Source: a virus
Virus record (IMG/VR): IMGVR_UViG_3300024333_000005
Location: 1 to 64,000 of that record
Length of the DNA stretch: 64,000 bases
Reading direction: 5' to 3' (one strand)
A program made the translations under genes and the position numbers. Positions 44,896 through 55,400 of the stretch are shown one piece after another. Positions within the stretch are counted from its first letter, which is position 1. Each line of letters begins with the position of its first letter. The notes beneath the pieces are model-generated. The model did not search any database. It worked only from the letters and a program-made list of their open reading frames with translations, and was not told the DNA's origin.

Positions 44896-46243
44896 CGGCA
44901 GCTTCGACGTGGAGCTGGAGCGGGACGTGCTCGCCCAGTGCCTCCGGGACGCGGCCTACCTGCGGCGGGCGGTGCCGGTCCTGCGGCGGCACGACTTCGC
45001 CTCCCCGGCCCTGCGCTGGCTGTGGGGGGTCCTGGCCGACGTATACTCGACCACCCGGGAGCTGCCCTCCCCGCACGTCTGGGGACTGCGGCTCGACCGG
45101 GACTTCGCCGAGGACGAGCAGCGGGCCTACCACGAGGAAGTCCTGCTCGGGCTCTGGCGGCGCCGCTCGACCTCGCCCCGGGCGGCGCTTGAAGAGGTCC
45201 GCCGCTTCGTCCAGATGGCGGCGGTGAGGGCTTCGGCGGCCGAGGCCCTGGGTGCCATCGACGACGGCGAAGTCGACGAGGCGGCCCGGATGATCGCCGA
45301 GGGGGCCAAGGCGGCCCGGACGGCCGGTGCCCTGGACGAGCCCGAGTCCTGGGCGACCTCGGGGGAGGCCCGCCTGGCCGGCTACCGGGCCGCTCCGGTG
45401 GGGCTGCGAGTCGCGACCCCGTTCCTGGCGCTCGACCGCGCTCTGGGTGGCGGCCTGCGGCCCGGTTGCCTGGGGCTGGTGGTGGCGACCACCAACATCG
45501 GCAAGTCAGCGCTCGCCGTGGACCTGGGCTTCACCGCCCTGACCCGGGCCAAGGCGGCGGTGGCGCACGTCACCACCGAAGAGACCAAGGCCGAGGCCCT
45601 GGCCCGCTACGACGCCCGCTACACCGGCATCCCCCGGGACCGGCTCATGGCCTCCCGCCTGCTCCCCGGCGAGGGCGAGCTGATCGAAGCGAAGTTCCGC
45701 AAGGCGGCTCGCTGGGGCCGGCGGCTTCAGGTCCAGGAGATCCCTCCCCGGAGCCCGGTGTCGGCGGTGGCGGCCTTCGTCGAGTCGGTCCGGGCCGAGT
45801 TCCCGGACGACCTGCTGGTGGTGGTGGTCGACAGCCCCGACCACCTGGAGCCCGACCGCAAGGCGGAGAACTACCGCCTGGGCGCCTCGGCGGTCTACTG
45901 GGCCCTCAAGGGGCTGGCGCTCGACCCGACCCTGGGGCCGGCGGCGGTCTGGGCGACCGTCCAGGCGCCGGCGAAGTTCGCCGGGAAGCGGTTGACCTCG
46001 GAGGCGGTCTCCGAGTCCTACGACAAGGCCCGGGTCGCGGACGCGATGGCCGGGCTCATGGAGAGCGAAGGCGACGAGGGGGAGGAAACCGAGGCGGCCG
46101 AGCGCAACCTCCAGCTCGTGCTCGTCAAGAACCGCCTGGGCGGAATCAAGCGGCTCACCGTCTACTGCGTGGCCAACCTGGGGACCTGCTCGTTCCGGGA
46201 AGTCGCCGCCCGTCGACCGGCGCCGGCGGAGGAAGGGGCATGA
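44888..46243 (+). CDS. dnaB: replicative helicase (DnaB-like)
   Basis: ATTNIGKS Walker A, TTEE, VVDSPD, TVQ and KNR motifs. Confidence 0.85.
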   Translation: MSSGSFDVELERDVLAQCLRDAAYLRRAVPVLRRHDFASPALRWLWGVLADVYSTTRELPSPHVWGLRLDRDFAEDEQRAYHEEVLLGLWRRRSTSPRAALEEVRRFVQMAAVRASAAEALGAIDDGEVDEAARMIAEGAKAARTAGALDEPESWATSGEARLAGYRAAPVGLRVATPFLALDRALGGGLRPGCLGLVVATTNIGKSALAVDLGFTALTRAKAAVAHVTTEETKAEALARYDARYTGIPRDRLMASRLLPGEGELIEAKFRKAARWGRRLQVQEIPPRSPVSAVAAFVESVRAEFPDDLLVVVVDSPDHLEPDRKAENYRLGASAVYWALKGLALDPTLGPAAVWATVQAPAKFAGKRLTSEAVSESYDKARVADAMAGLMESEGDEGEETEAAERNLQLVLVKNRLGGIKRLTVYCVANLGTCSFREVAARRPAPAEEGA

Positions 46244-46524
46244 GCGGCTACTGCCCCGGCGACGACCTGCTCGCCCGGTTGCCTGCCCCTCTGGGGCCGG
46301 CGGTTGATGCGCTGGTCCCCCTGGCCGCGGCCGAGCTGGCGACCCTGGACCGGGTGGCCCTGGGCCGGGTAGTCGAGCGGGAGCGACGGCGGGTCCTGGA
46401 GGGCCTGGCCGCGTGCGAGTGGCTGGTCGCCCCTGGCGGCGGCCGAGAGCCCAAGGCCCCCCTCGTCGCCCCGCTGGCGAAGCTGATTGCCGCTCTGCGG
46501 CTGCTCGGGAGATCGGCCGGATGA
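46240..46524 (+). CDS. hypothetical protein
   Basis: ATGA-coupled at both ends. Confidence 0.5.
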   Translation: MSGYCPGDDLLARLPAPLGPAVDALVPLAAAELATLDRVALGRVVERERRRVLEGLAACEWLVAPGGGREPKAPLVAPLAKLIAALRLLGRSAG

Positions 46525-47519
46525 GGCTGGACCTGCCCGGCTACCTGGGCGCTCGGACCACCGTGCACCACGAGGCGGCCGGGGAGCACGGCCCCGAGCT
46601 GGTCTGCGACTGCCCGCGGTGCGGGCGGGTCGGCAAGCTCTGGGTGAACGCTGCCAGCGGCCGGTGGGTCTGCTACTTCTGCGGGCAGGGGGGCGGCCTG
46701 CTCCGCCTGGTGGGTTGGCTGGACGGGCTCTCCCCGGCCGAGGCCCGGCGCACCCTGCGGGGCCTGGGCCGTCTGGCGGCGCCGGCCCTGCCGGCCGCCG
46801 ACGAGCTGGCCCGGCGCCGGTCGACCGAACCGGACGACCGCCCGGCCCCCGGGGGTCTCCCCTCCGGCTACGTCCCGGTCTACGACCCGGCCTCCGGGCG
46901 CTGGACCGTGCCCGAGTACCTGCGGCGCCGGGGCGTGCCTCTGCGGCTGGCGGCCCGCTATGGGCTGGGGGTGGTGCTGGACCCGGCCTGCGCGGACCCC
47001 GAGTGCGCCGGCCGGCCTGGCGGCTGCCGCTACGCCGGGCGCTTGATCCTCCCGGTCCGGGAGCGGGGCCGGGTCCTGACCTACCAGGCCCGCCTCATGG
47101 GCCCGGGCGAGCCGAAGTACCTGGGGCCGCCCCTGGCGAAGAAGGGCCTGCTGTTCGGGCTCGACGAAGCGGCCGGGGCGGCCGAGGCGGTAGTGGTCGA
47201 GGGAACCTTCGACGCCCTGGGGGTGGCCCGCCTGGGCCTGGCCGCGGTGGCCCTGCTCGGCAAGGTGGCTTCGCCGGCGCAGGCGCTCCGCCTGGCCCGA
47301 GCCGGTTTCGTCCGGGCCACGATCCTGCTCGACGCCGACGCCCCGGCCGCGGCGCAGGAGGCGGCCCTGGTCCTGGGCGAGCTGCTGCCGGTGCGGGTGG
47401 CGACCCTGGCCGCGGGCGACCCTGGCGGCGCGCCGCCGGAGGCAATCCGGGCCGCTCTGGCCGCGGCCCGACCCCCGAGCCTTCGGGGCCGCGGGTCGGC
47501 AAAACCCTTGGCCTTGTAG
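46521..47519 (+). CDS. dnaG: DNA primase (Zn finger + TOPRIM)
   Basis: CPRC..CYFC, PKYL, VEGTFD and LDAD motifs. Confidence 0.9.
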   Translation: MRLDLPGYLGARTTVHHEAAGEHGPELVCDCPRCGRVGKLWVNAASGRWVCYFCGQGGGLLRLVGWLDGLSPAEARRTLRGLGRLAAPALPAADELARRRSTEPDDRPAPGGLPSGYVPVYDPASGRWTVPEYLRRRGVPLRLAARYGLGVVLDPACADPECAGRPGGCRYAGRLILPVRERGRVLTYQARLMGPGEPKYLGPPLAKKGLLFGLDEAAGAAEAVVVEGTFDALGVARLGLAAVALLGKVASPAQALRLARAGFVRATILLDADAPAAAQEAALVLGELLPVRVATLAAGDPGGAPPEAIRAALAAARPPSLRGRGSAKPLAL

Positions 47520-47547
47520 GGAAAGTGAGTTGCCCTCTCTTTTCCTG

Positions 47548-47576
47548 TTGACTTCCCGCAACCCCGCTGCTATGCT
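47548..47576 (+). promoter_or_regulatory. sigma70-type promoter
   Basis: TTGACT-17 bp-TATGCT with extended TG, in an AT-rich gap; AGGAGG RBS downstream. Confidence 0.75.
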
Positions 47577-47598
47577 TGCTGATGGATAGGAGGTCGCG

Positions 47599-48522
47599 AT
47601 GGCAGAGCGGTTGCGGTTCGGGCGGTTGGAGCTGGCGGTCCGGGAGGACCTGACCCCGGCGGACGAGTTCCGGGTGCCGGCCTTCGACGAGCAGTACTAC
47701 CTCGACCCCGTCCGCCTGGAGGACCTGGCGGCTGCGGTGCAGGTCCGCATCCCCGCCTTCCTCTGCGGGCCGCCCGGCTCCGGCAAGACCAGCGTGGTCC
47801 TCCAGCTCGCGGCCCTGCTCAACCAGCCCGCGGTCCGGGTCAACCTGGGCGGACAGCCCCACGTGGCGGACCTGCTCGGCGAGAAGGCCCTGACCGTCGA
47901 GCCGGCCTCCGGGCAGGCGGTCACCGAGTGGCGGGACGGCCCGGTCACCGAGGCCGTCCGCCGGGGCTGGTGGTTGATCCTGGACGAGTACACCGCCATG
48001 CCGCCGAGCGTGACCCTGCGGCTCCAGGGGCTCCTGGAGGTCGGGGGCTCGCTGGTGCTGGCGGAGAACGGGGGCGAGGTAGTCGAGCCCCACCCGAGCT
48101 TCCGCCTGTTCGCCACCGACAACACCACTGGCCGGGGCGACGACACCGGCCTCTATCAGGGGACCCAGGCGCAGAACGACGCCAACCTGGACCGCTTCGT
48201 GGTCTTCGCCTGCGACTACCCGCCCCCGGCCGAAGAGGCGGCGATCCTGGTCCGCAAGACGGGCATCCCCGCCAAGGTGGCGAGGATGATGGTGGAGGTT
48301 GCGACCCTGGTGCGGTCCGGCATGCAGAAGTCGGAGACCTTCTGCACCCTCGGGACCCGGCGGCTCCTGGCCTGGGCCAGCTTCGCCGCGGCCTACGCGA
48401 ACGGCCACGCCTACACCGCCCCCGCGGCCCGGGCCTACCGGGTCGCGGTCCGGTCGAAGCTCGGGGCGGAGGACGCGGCCTACGTCGACGGGGTGGCGAA
48501 GCGGGTGGGGTTCGACCTGTGA
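47599..48522 (+). CDS. MoxR/CobS-like AAA+ ATPase
   Basis: GPPGSGKT, WRDGP, LILDE, ATDN and LDRF motifs. Confidence 0.9.
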   Translation: MAERLRFGRLELAVREDLTPADEFRVPAFDEQYYLDPVRLEDLAAAVQVRIPAFLCGPPGSGKTSVVLQLAALLNQPAVRVNLGGQPHVADLLGEKALTVEPASGQAVTEWRDGPVTEAVRRGWWLILDEYTAMPPSVTLRLQGLLEVGGSLVLAENGGEVVEPHPSFRLFATDNTTGRGDDTGLYQGTQAQNDANLDRFVVFACDYPPPAEEAAILVRKTGIPAKVARMMVEVATLVRSGMQKSETFCTLGTRRLLAWASFAAAYANGHAYTAPAARAYRVAVRSKLGAEDAAYVDGVAKRVGFDL

Positions 48523-50807
48523 CCCGCCCCGCTCCCACCTCTGCCGGCCTGGGCCTGCACGGCGGCTACTTCGCCCGTATCGCCCGCACCTTCGCTCGGG
48601 ACTGGGGGGTGCAGGTTCGGGTCGGGTCCTGCGCCCGGGCGCTCCTGACGCGAGGCGTCGTCGAGCTGCCGGGCGCGGTCGAGTTCCTGGAGGGCGAGGG
48701 CCGGGCGGCCCTGGAGGGGCTGCTCGACCACGAGGCGGCCGGCCACCTGCTCCAGGAGAAGGAGTGGCCCGAGGGCCAGCGCCCGTCGGACGTGCTGATG
48801 CGAGTGCTGGAGCGGCCCGACGCGGCCCGCGTGAAGCGGCTGCTCAACGTCGCCGAGGACGTGCGGGTGGAGCGGGCGGCGGCGGCCCGCTGGCCGGGGA
48901 TCGCCGCAAACCTGCTCGCCGCTCATCGCTTCATGGCCGGCCGCCTGCGGCGCACTCACGAGACGGACCCCCTGCCAGCGGTCGAGCAGGCGTTGCTCCT
49001 GGTGCTCGCCCGAGCCCGGGGCTACGCTGACCACTACGCGTGGCTCCCACCCGAGGCGCACGCGCTGGTGGACCGCCTGGGGCCCGAGGTCGAGCGGGTC
49101 CGCTCCGCCGTCACGCCGGAGGACGCCTACGAGGCGGCCCTGGCGCTCCAGGCGGGCCTGGAGCGGCTGGCGGCTCCCCCGCCGCCCCCGCCGCCCTCCC
49201 CCGCCGCCGCCCCTGCCGGGAGCGGCGAGGACGAGGACGAGACCCCCCAGACCCCCGAGGACCCCGAGAGCGCCGGCGCCAGCGAGGGCGGGGACGACGA
49301 GGACGAGGGGGATGGCGGGGACGACGAGGACGAGGACGAGGACGGCGGCGGCGAGGGCGAGCTGGGCCCCGAGGGGGAGGACGGGCTGGGAGGGGAAGGC
49401 GAGGCTCTGCCTCCGCCCGAGCTGGACGAGGCGGACGACTCGGAGCCCGGCGAGGACGACGGCGAGGGCGGCGAGGGCGGCGAGGGGGCCGAAGGCGACG
49501 GCTGTGGAAGCGAGGACGAGGGCGAGGACGAGGGCGAGGATGGGGAGGACGACGGCGGCCGCGGGAGCGACGAGGACGGCGACGAGAGGGCGGAGGGCGA
49601 CGGCTGCGGAAGCGAGGGCGATGACGAGGGGCCTGGCGACGCCGAGGGTGCCGAGGGGCAGGAGTCTGGCGAGGACGAGGGCGGGGACGAGCAGGACGGG
49701 GCGGCCGGCGAGGGCACCGACGACAGGAGCGGCGAGGGCGCCGGGGAGGGCGGGGCGGCCGGCGCCGGGTCGGGGCCTCCCGACGAGGACCCGGACCCGG
49801 CCGACAAGGGCGAAGTCGCCGGCGAGGCGCTGGCGGTCCTGACGGGCTTGGAGGACCTGGACCCGACCGCCTCCTTCCGCGAGGGCGCTCTGAATGAGCT
49901 GGTGCGGGAAGCGGAAGCGGCGGCCCGGGAGGCTCCCTGGCGGGACCTTCCCCATCCGGCTGCCGCGGCCAGGGACCGCTTCGCCAACACCTGCCCGTCT
50001 GCCCGGTCCCAAGCGACCTACTCGGCGGCCTGGGCGGCCGCGCAGAAGGTGATCGGCGGCCTCTCGGCCCGGCTGGCCGCGCTGCTGCGGACGACCCGGG
50101 AGCAGCGGCTTGCCGACCGGCGCACCGGCCGGGTGGACCCGACCGCCCTGCACCGGGTCCGGGCTGGCCGGACCGACGTTTTCGAGCAGGACCTCCGGCT
50201 GCCGGGGCTGGACACGGCGGTCGCCATCCTGCTCGACGAGTCGGGCTCCATGAGCGGCGGGCGGGCGGGCGCGGCCCGGGAGCTGGTCCTGGCCCTGGGC
50301 GAAGCGCTGCACCGGGCTGCCGTTCCCTTCGAGGTGCTCGGCTGGTGGGAGGAACCTGCCCGGGGGGCGGGGAGCGAGGGTGGCCTCTACACCCGCATCG
50401 AGGCTCGGGTGGTCCACGAGTTCAAGACCTATGGCGAGTCCTGGCCGAGGGTGCGGGGGCGGCTTGGTCACTCGGGCGGCTACGGCAACAACGACGACGC
50501 CGGGGCGACCCTCTACGTTGCCCGCCGGCTGGCGGCCCGGCCGGAGCGGCGCAAGGTGCTCTTCGTCGTCTCCGACGGCGCCCCCTGCCACGCCGGCCGC
50601 AGCACGCCGGAGGCCCGGGAGGACCTCAAGGGCGCCCTGGGCCTGGTCGAGCGGGCCGGAATCGAGACCGCGGGCATCGGCATCGCCTCCCCCCACGGGC
50701 AGGACTTGTACGGGCGGTGGGAGACGGTTGCCTCCCTGGCCGACCTGCCCGGGGCCGCGGTCCGGCTGCTCCAGAAGCTCCTGGTCCCCTGTAGGAGGGC
50801 CGCCTGA
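48519..50807 (+). CDS. CobT-like vWA protein with N-terminal HExxH-like domain and acidic linker
   Basis: DHEAAGH..NVAEDVR, an Asp/Glu/Gly tract at ~49220-49800, MIDAS DESGSM and SDG. Confidence 0.85.
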   Translation: MTRPAPTSAGLGLHGGYFARIARTFARDWGVQVRVGSCARALLTRGVVELPGAVEFLEGEGRAALEGLLDHEAAGHLLQEKEWPEGQRPSDVLMRVLERPDAARVKRLLNVAEDVRVERAAAARWPGIAANLLAAHRFMAGRLRRTHETDPLPAVEQALLLVLARARGYADHYAWLPPEAHALVDRLGPEVERVRSAVTPEDAYEAALALQAGLERLAAPPPPPPPSPAAAPAGSGEDEDETPQTPEDPESAGASEGGDDEDEGDGGDDEDEDEDGGGEGELGPEGEDGLGGEGEALPPPELDEADDSEPGEDDGEGGEGGEGAEGDGCGSEDEGEDEGEDGEDDGGRGSDEDGDERAEGDGCGSEGDDEGPGDAEGAEGQESGEDEGGDEQDGAAGEGTDDRSGEGAGEGGAAGAGSGPPDEDPDPADKGEVAGEALAVLTGLEDLDPTASFREGALNELVREAEAAAREAPWRDLPHPAAAARDRFANTCPSARSQATYSAAWAAAQKVIGGLSARLAALLRTTREQRLADRRTGRVDPTALHRVRAGRTDVFEQDLRLPGLDTAVAILLDESGSMSGGRAGAARELVLALGEALHRAAVPFEVLGWWEEPARGAGSEGGLYTRIEARVVHEFKTYGESWPRVRGRLGHSGGYGNNDDAGATLYVARRLAARPERRKVLFVVSDGAPCHAGRSTPEAREDLKGALGLVERAGIETAGIGIASPHGQDLYGRWETVASLADLPGAAVRLLQKLLVPCRRAA

Positions 50808-51181
50808 TGCCGACCTTGGACGAAGTTCGACGCCGCTTCTCGGCGGCATCGGCGCCTCCCGAGCCGGCCCCGGTTGACGCCCCGGACGGAGCGTCCGGGG
50901 TGGACCAGAGCAAGGTGCGGGCCCGGCGCAACCGGACGGCCGCGGCCCTGCACCGCAGTCCGGCCCCGGCGCCGTTCGCGCCCGGTGGCGCACCGCGCCT
51001 GACGAGCCGGCACTACGAGCTCCTGGACGGCGGGACCGACGCCTTGCTGCGCTTCGGCAAGCATGCGGGGAGCAAGGTGTCGGCCCTCGCGGCCCGGGGC
51101 GACGGACGCCACTACTTGTTGTGGCTCCTGGAGCAGGGGTTCCCCGAGGACCTGAAGGCGGTGGTGCGACGATGCCTCTGA
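50807..51181 (+). CDS. DUF3820-like small protein
   Basis: FGKHAG...YLLWL motif. Confidence 0.6.
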   Translation: MPTLDEVRRRFSAASAPPEPAPVDAPDGASGVDQSKVRARRNRTAAALHRSPAPAPFAPGGAPRLTSRHYELLDGGTDALLRFGKHAGSKVSALAARGDGRHYLLWLLEQGFPEDLKAVVRRCL

Positions 51182-51720
51182 AGCCCGAGGACGTGCTGGA
51201 CATCGCCCGGCAGGAGGTGGCCTCCCTGCGCCTCTGCCGGGTGCCTCCCGCGGACCGGGAGGACCTGGTGCAGGCGGGAGCGGAGCGGGCCCTGCGGGCC
51301 TGGGGCCGGCTCTCGCCAGACCGCACCGAGCGGGAGCAGCGGGCCTACCTGGGGGTGTGCGCCCGGTCGGGGATCTACGACGCCCTGTCGGCCCGGGGCC
51401 GGGCCCTCGCCGAGGTCCCCTGCGGGGCGGTCGAGGTCGACGACCTGGCGAACCCGGAGGACCTGCTGATCGCCCGGGAGGTCGGGCTGGCCCTGGCGGA
51501 GGTGCTGACCGAAGCCCTGGCCCGCATGGGGCCTCACACCCGGGCGGTAGCGCTCGCTCACCTGGGCGCCGAGCCCCTCCCGCAGTCCCTCCGGGCCGAG
51601 CTGCGGCCCGGGACCTTCTGGTGGCACGCCCACCGTGCCCGGGCCGTGGTCCGGGCCGTCGAACAGGAGAGAGGATGGGACGCCGCTTCCGGCACGGCGA
51701 GTGCCTTGTTGAGCGGCTAG
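51172..51720 (+). CDS. sigma-70-like (ECF-type) factor
   Basis: DREDLVQAG...AYL region-2 pattern with a region-4-like C-terminus. Confidence 0.55.
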   Translation: MPLKPEDVLDIARQEVASLRLCRVPPADREDLVQAGAERALRAWGRLSPDRTEREQRAYLGVCARSGIYDALSARGRALAEVPCGAVEVDDLANPEDLLIAREVGLALAEVLTEALARMGPHTRAVALAHLGAEPLPQSLRAELRPGTFWWHAHRARAVVRAVEQERGWDAASGTASALLSG

Positions 51721-52409
51721 GCTCGCTCCCCGGGTGCCTCGGCCACTACGCGGCCGGGGACCCCGAGTGCGACCGACCGCCGCCCTGCACCTGGGCGGTC
51801 TACTGCCGGGCCTACCGGGACTCGTGCGCCCGGCGGGGGGTGGACCCGGCGAAGGAGCGGGCCGAGCTGCCCCCGAAGCTGCTCGCCGAGCTGGTCGACA
51901 CCGCCCTCTGCCGCCCGCCCAGGGGGAAGGGCGGGCACCGGCACCAGCGGCAGCTTGCGGCCTGGGAGATGTTCGCCGAGGCGTTCCGCCAGGCGAGCGG
52001 GGTTCGGGTGGCGCAGGTAGGGGCGGCCGAGCCGGGAGAGGTCGTCTACCACGAGTGGCGGTCGCCGAGTGCCTTGTTCCGGGCCCGGGCCGCCAAGGTC
52101 GTCCTCGCCGACGGGACCCTCGCTCCCGGGGCCCTCTGGCGCTACTGGCCGACCCGGCGTCGGGTCGTGCAACCGACCATCGAGTACGCCTGCCCCCTGC
52201 GGGACCTGCTCGCCGCGTTTCCCGAGGCGGCTCGCCTCGGGGAACGGTGGCAACGGCAGGGGCCCGAGGGCCGGGGAGGGCTGGGCGCGGCGGTGCTCGG
52301 ACTGCGGCCGGAGCGCATCGGAGACGCCGGCCGACTGGCGGCTCGGCTCCTGGAGAGGGGCCTACTCGCCGGCGCCCGAGTGGTTTCTGGCGGGTGGGTC
52401 CGGCTGTGA
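51675..52409 (+). CDS. hypothetical protein with N-terminal Cys cluster
   Basis: CLGHY...EC...C...C; AGGAG RBS; GTGA-coupled to dnaE. Confidence 0.5.
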   Translation: MGRRFRHGECLVERLGSLPGCLGHYAAGDPECDRPPPCTWAVYCRAYRDSCARRGVDPAKERAELPPKLLAELVDTALCRPPRGKGGHRHQRQLAAWEMFAEAFRQASGVRVAQVGAAEPGEVVYHEWRSPSALFRARAAKVVLADGTLAPGALWRYWPTRRRVVQPTIEYACPLRDLLAAFPEAARLGERWQRQGPEGRGGLGAAVLGLRPERIGDAGRLAARLLERGLLAGARVVSGGWVRL

Positions 52410-55400
52410 GCTTCGCCCACCTGCACACCCACAGCCATGCTTCCGCCTTCGATGGCTTGGGCCGCCACGTCGAGTTCGCCCGGCGGGCGGCGGCCCTGGG
52501 GCAGCCGGCCATCGCCTTCACCGAGCACGGGTCGGTACGAGGGCTCTACGAGGCGCACCTGGCCTGCGCCGAGGTGGGCCTGCGCCTGGTCCCCGGCGTC
52601 GAGGCGTACCTGGTCGAGGACGCCGAGCGCCGGGGGCTCGCCGAAGCGGAGAGGGCGGCGCTGAAGGACCGACCCGAGGCCCTGAAGCGGGCCGAGCAGG
52701 AGCGGCGGGAGCGAAGCCACCTGACCCTCTGGGCGCTCGACGACGAGGGCCTGCGCAACCTCTACCGGCTCACCACCTGGTCATGGGCCCAGGGCTTCTA
52801 CTACAAGCCGCGGGTGGACCTGGCCCGGCTCCGGCTCTACGGCGCCGGGCTGGCGGCCTCTACCGGCTGCGCGGGCGACGGCCACGTGGTCGTCCCCCTG
52901 GCCCGAGGCGACTACCGGGAGGCGCTCGACCGGCTGGAGGACCTGCTCGCCCTGTTCCCCGGGCGCCTCTACGTCGAGGTGATGCCGCACGTCCCGGCCG
53001 GCCGGGAGGCGGTGCTGCCGGCCCTGCTCCGGCTGGCCGAGCGGTTCGACCTGCCCCTGCTCGCCACCCAGGACGCCCACTATCCCGAGGCGGCCGACGC
53101 CTACGCCCACGAGGTCCTGCTGTGCATCCAGACCCGGGGCAAGATGGCCGACCCCGACCGCTTCCGGTTCGACGGGCGGGAGTACTGGCTCCGCTCCCGG
53201 GAAGAGATGGCGGCGGCCTTCCGGGCCCGGGGGCTGCCGGGACCTGCCGTCGAGCGGGCGCTCGACGAGACCCTGGCCTTGGCCGACCGCTGCGCGGCCC
53301 GGGTGCAGACGGCGGAGGCCGGGCGCTACCTGATCGCGCCCGAGCTGCCGGCGGGGATTCCGACCTACGATGCCTGGCTGCTCCGGCTCTGCCACGAGGG
53401 GATGCGGGTCCGGGGCCTGACCGGCGCCGGGGCGGCCTACCTCGACCGGCTGGCGCACGAGCTGGAGGTCCTGTGGGAGCACCGCTTCGCCCCCTACTTC
53501 CTGGCGGTCTGGGACGTGGTGCGGTGGGCCCGGGAGCAGGACATACGGGTTGGCCCTGGCCGGGGGTCCGCGGCCGGCTCCCTGGTCGCCTACCTGCTCG
53601 GGATCACCCAGCTTGACCCGCTGCGGCACGACCTGATGTTCGAGCGGTTCATCGCTCCCGGGAGGCGGGACCTGCCCGACATCGACCTCGACTTCCAAGC
53701 CGACCGCCGGGAGGAAGTGCTGGAGTACCTGCGCCGGCGCTACGGCGAGGACCGGGTCGCGGCGATCAGCACGCAGATCACCTTCGGCGGGCGGCGGGCC
53801 CTGCGGGACCTGGGCCGGGTCTTCGCCGTGCCGGACCGGGAGCTGACCCCTGCCGCCTCTCTGCTCCCCCTGGTGCCCGACCCCGGCGACGAGCGCACCT
53901 TGGCGGAGGTCCTGGGCGAGTCGGCAGTGGGCGCGGCCTTCGTGGCCGCGCACCCGGAGGTGGCCGAGGTGGCCGGCCGCCTGGAGGGGCAGATCCGGGA
54001 CGTGGGCCTGCACGCCGCCGGGGTGGTCCTGTCCTCGGTCCCGGTCGCCGAAGTGGTGCCCCTGGAGTCCCGGCCCCGCCGAGGCGGAGCCCGAGTGCCG
54101 GCGGTGGCCTACGACATGCGGGCGGCCGAGGCCGCGGGCCTGGTCAAGATCGACGTGCTCGGGCTGCGGACCCTGGTGGTCCTCGCCGAGGCGGCCCGGG
54201 CGGCGGGCGTAGACCCGGACCGGATCGACTGCGACGACCCTGCGGCCCTGGGAATCTTCGCCGGGGGCCGGCTGGCGGGCATCTTCCAGTTCGACACCCC
54301 GACCGCCCGGCGTCTCTGCCGGGCCGCGGCGAGCCGGATCAGCTTCGAGGTCCTGGTGGCCCTGAACGCCCTCAACCGGCCCGGCCCCCTGGCCGCGGGC
54401 CTGGCCGACGCGTACGTCCGCCGGCTGGTCGAGGGCGATGCCCCACCGGCCCTGCATCCTGTCTACGACCGGATCATGGCGGCGACCCTGGGCGTGCCGG
54501 TCTACCAGGAGCAGGTAGTGGCCCTGGCCCGGGACCTGGCCGGCTACTCCCCGGAGGACGCCGACGGGCTGCGCAAGATGATCGCGAAGAAGCTCCCGGG
54601 TCTGGCGGCCGAGGCCCCGCGGTTCGTGGCCGGGGCGACGGCCGCGGGTCTGGCCGAGGACGAGGCGGCCGACCTGTTCCGGCGACTGGTGGGGTTCGGG
54701 CGCTACGCCTTCAACCGCTCCCATGCCGCTGCCTACGCCTACCTCGCGGTCCAGCTTGCCTTCCTCAAGGCCCACCACCCGGTCGCCTTCTACGCTGCGG
54801 CCCTGGCGGCCGAGCCCGACGACCGGGTGCAGATGCGACTTGCCGGCGAGGCCCGGGCGGCCGGGACCCGGGTGTCGCCTCCCGACGTGAACCGCTCCCG
54901 GGAGCGGGGCTTCGGCGGTGGCGAGGGCGAGATCGTCGGTGCCCTCTCGGCCCTCAAGGGGATCGGCCCGGCGGCTGCCGCAGCCGTGGTGGCCGCGGCC
55001 CCCTTCCGGGACCTGCTCGACTTCTACCGGCGCACGGCCGGAGCCGGCTGCCGGGCGGTGACGGCCCGGACCTTCGGGGTGCTCGCCCAGGCGACGGCCC
55101 TGCGTTCCCTCTGCCCGACTGGCGGCCCTTTCCTGGCGGCGAACGCGGCGGCGGTGTGGGCGCGGCTGCGAGCTGGCGAGCAACCCGAGCTGCGGCCCGA
55201 GGCGGCGCCGGCCTGGCGGGAGGGCGAGCAGGCGGCGACGGTGTCCGCGGTCTGGCCGCTGTTCGTCGACCTCGCCGGTCAAGGCGCCTTGGAGGGCGCG
55301 GCTGCTCGCCTGCGCTGCCTCTGGGGGCCGACGCACGACCCGGCCGACCCGGCGCTCGTCGAGGCGGGCACCTACCTGGTCGCGGGCTACCTGGCGGCCT

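Noticed and set aside
49220-49800. GAC/GAG-rich repeats, including a duplicated AEGDGCGSE
   Set aside because: This is coding low-complexity acidic linker, not a separate element.
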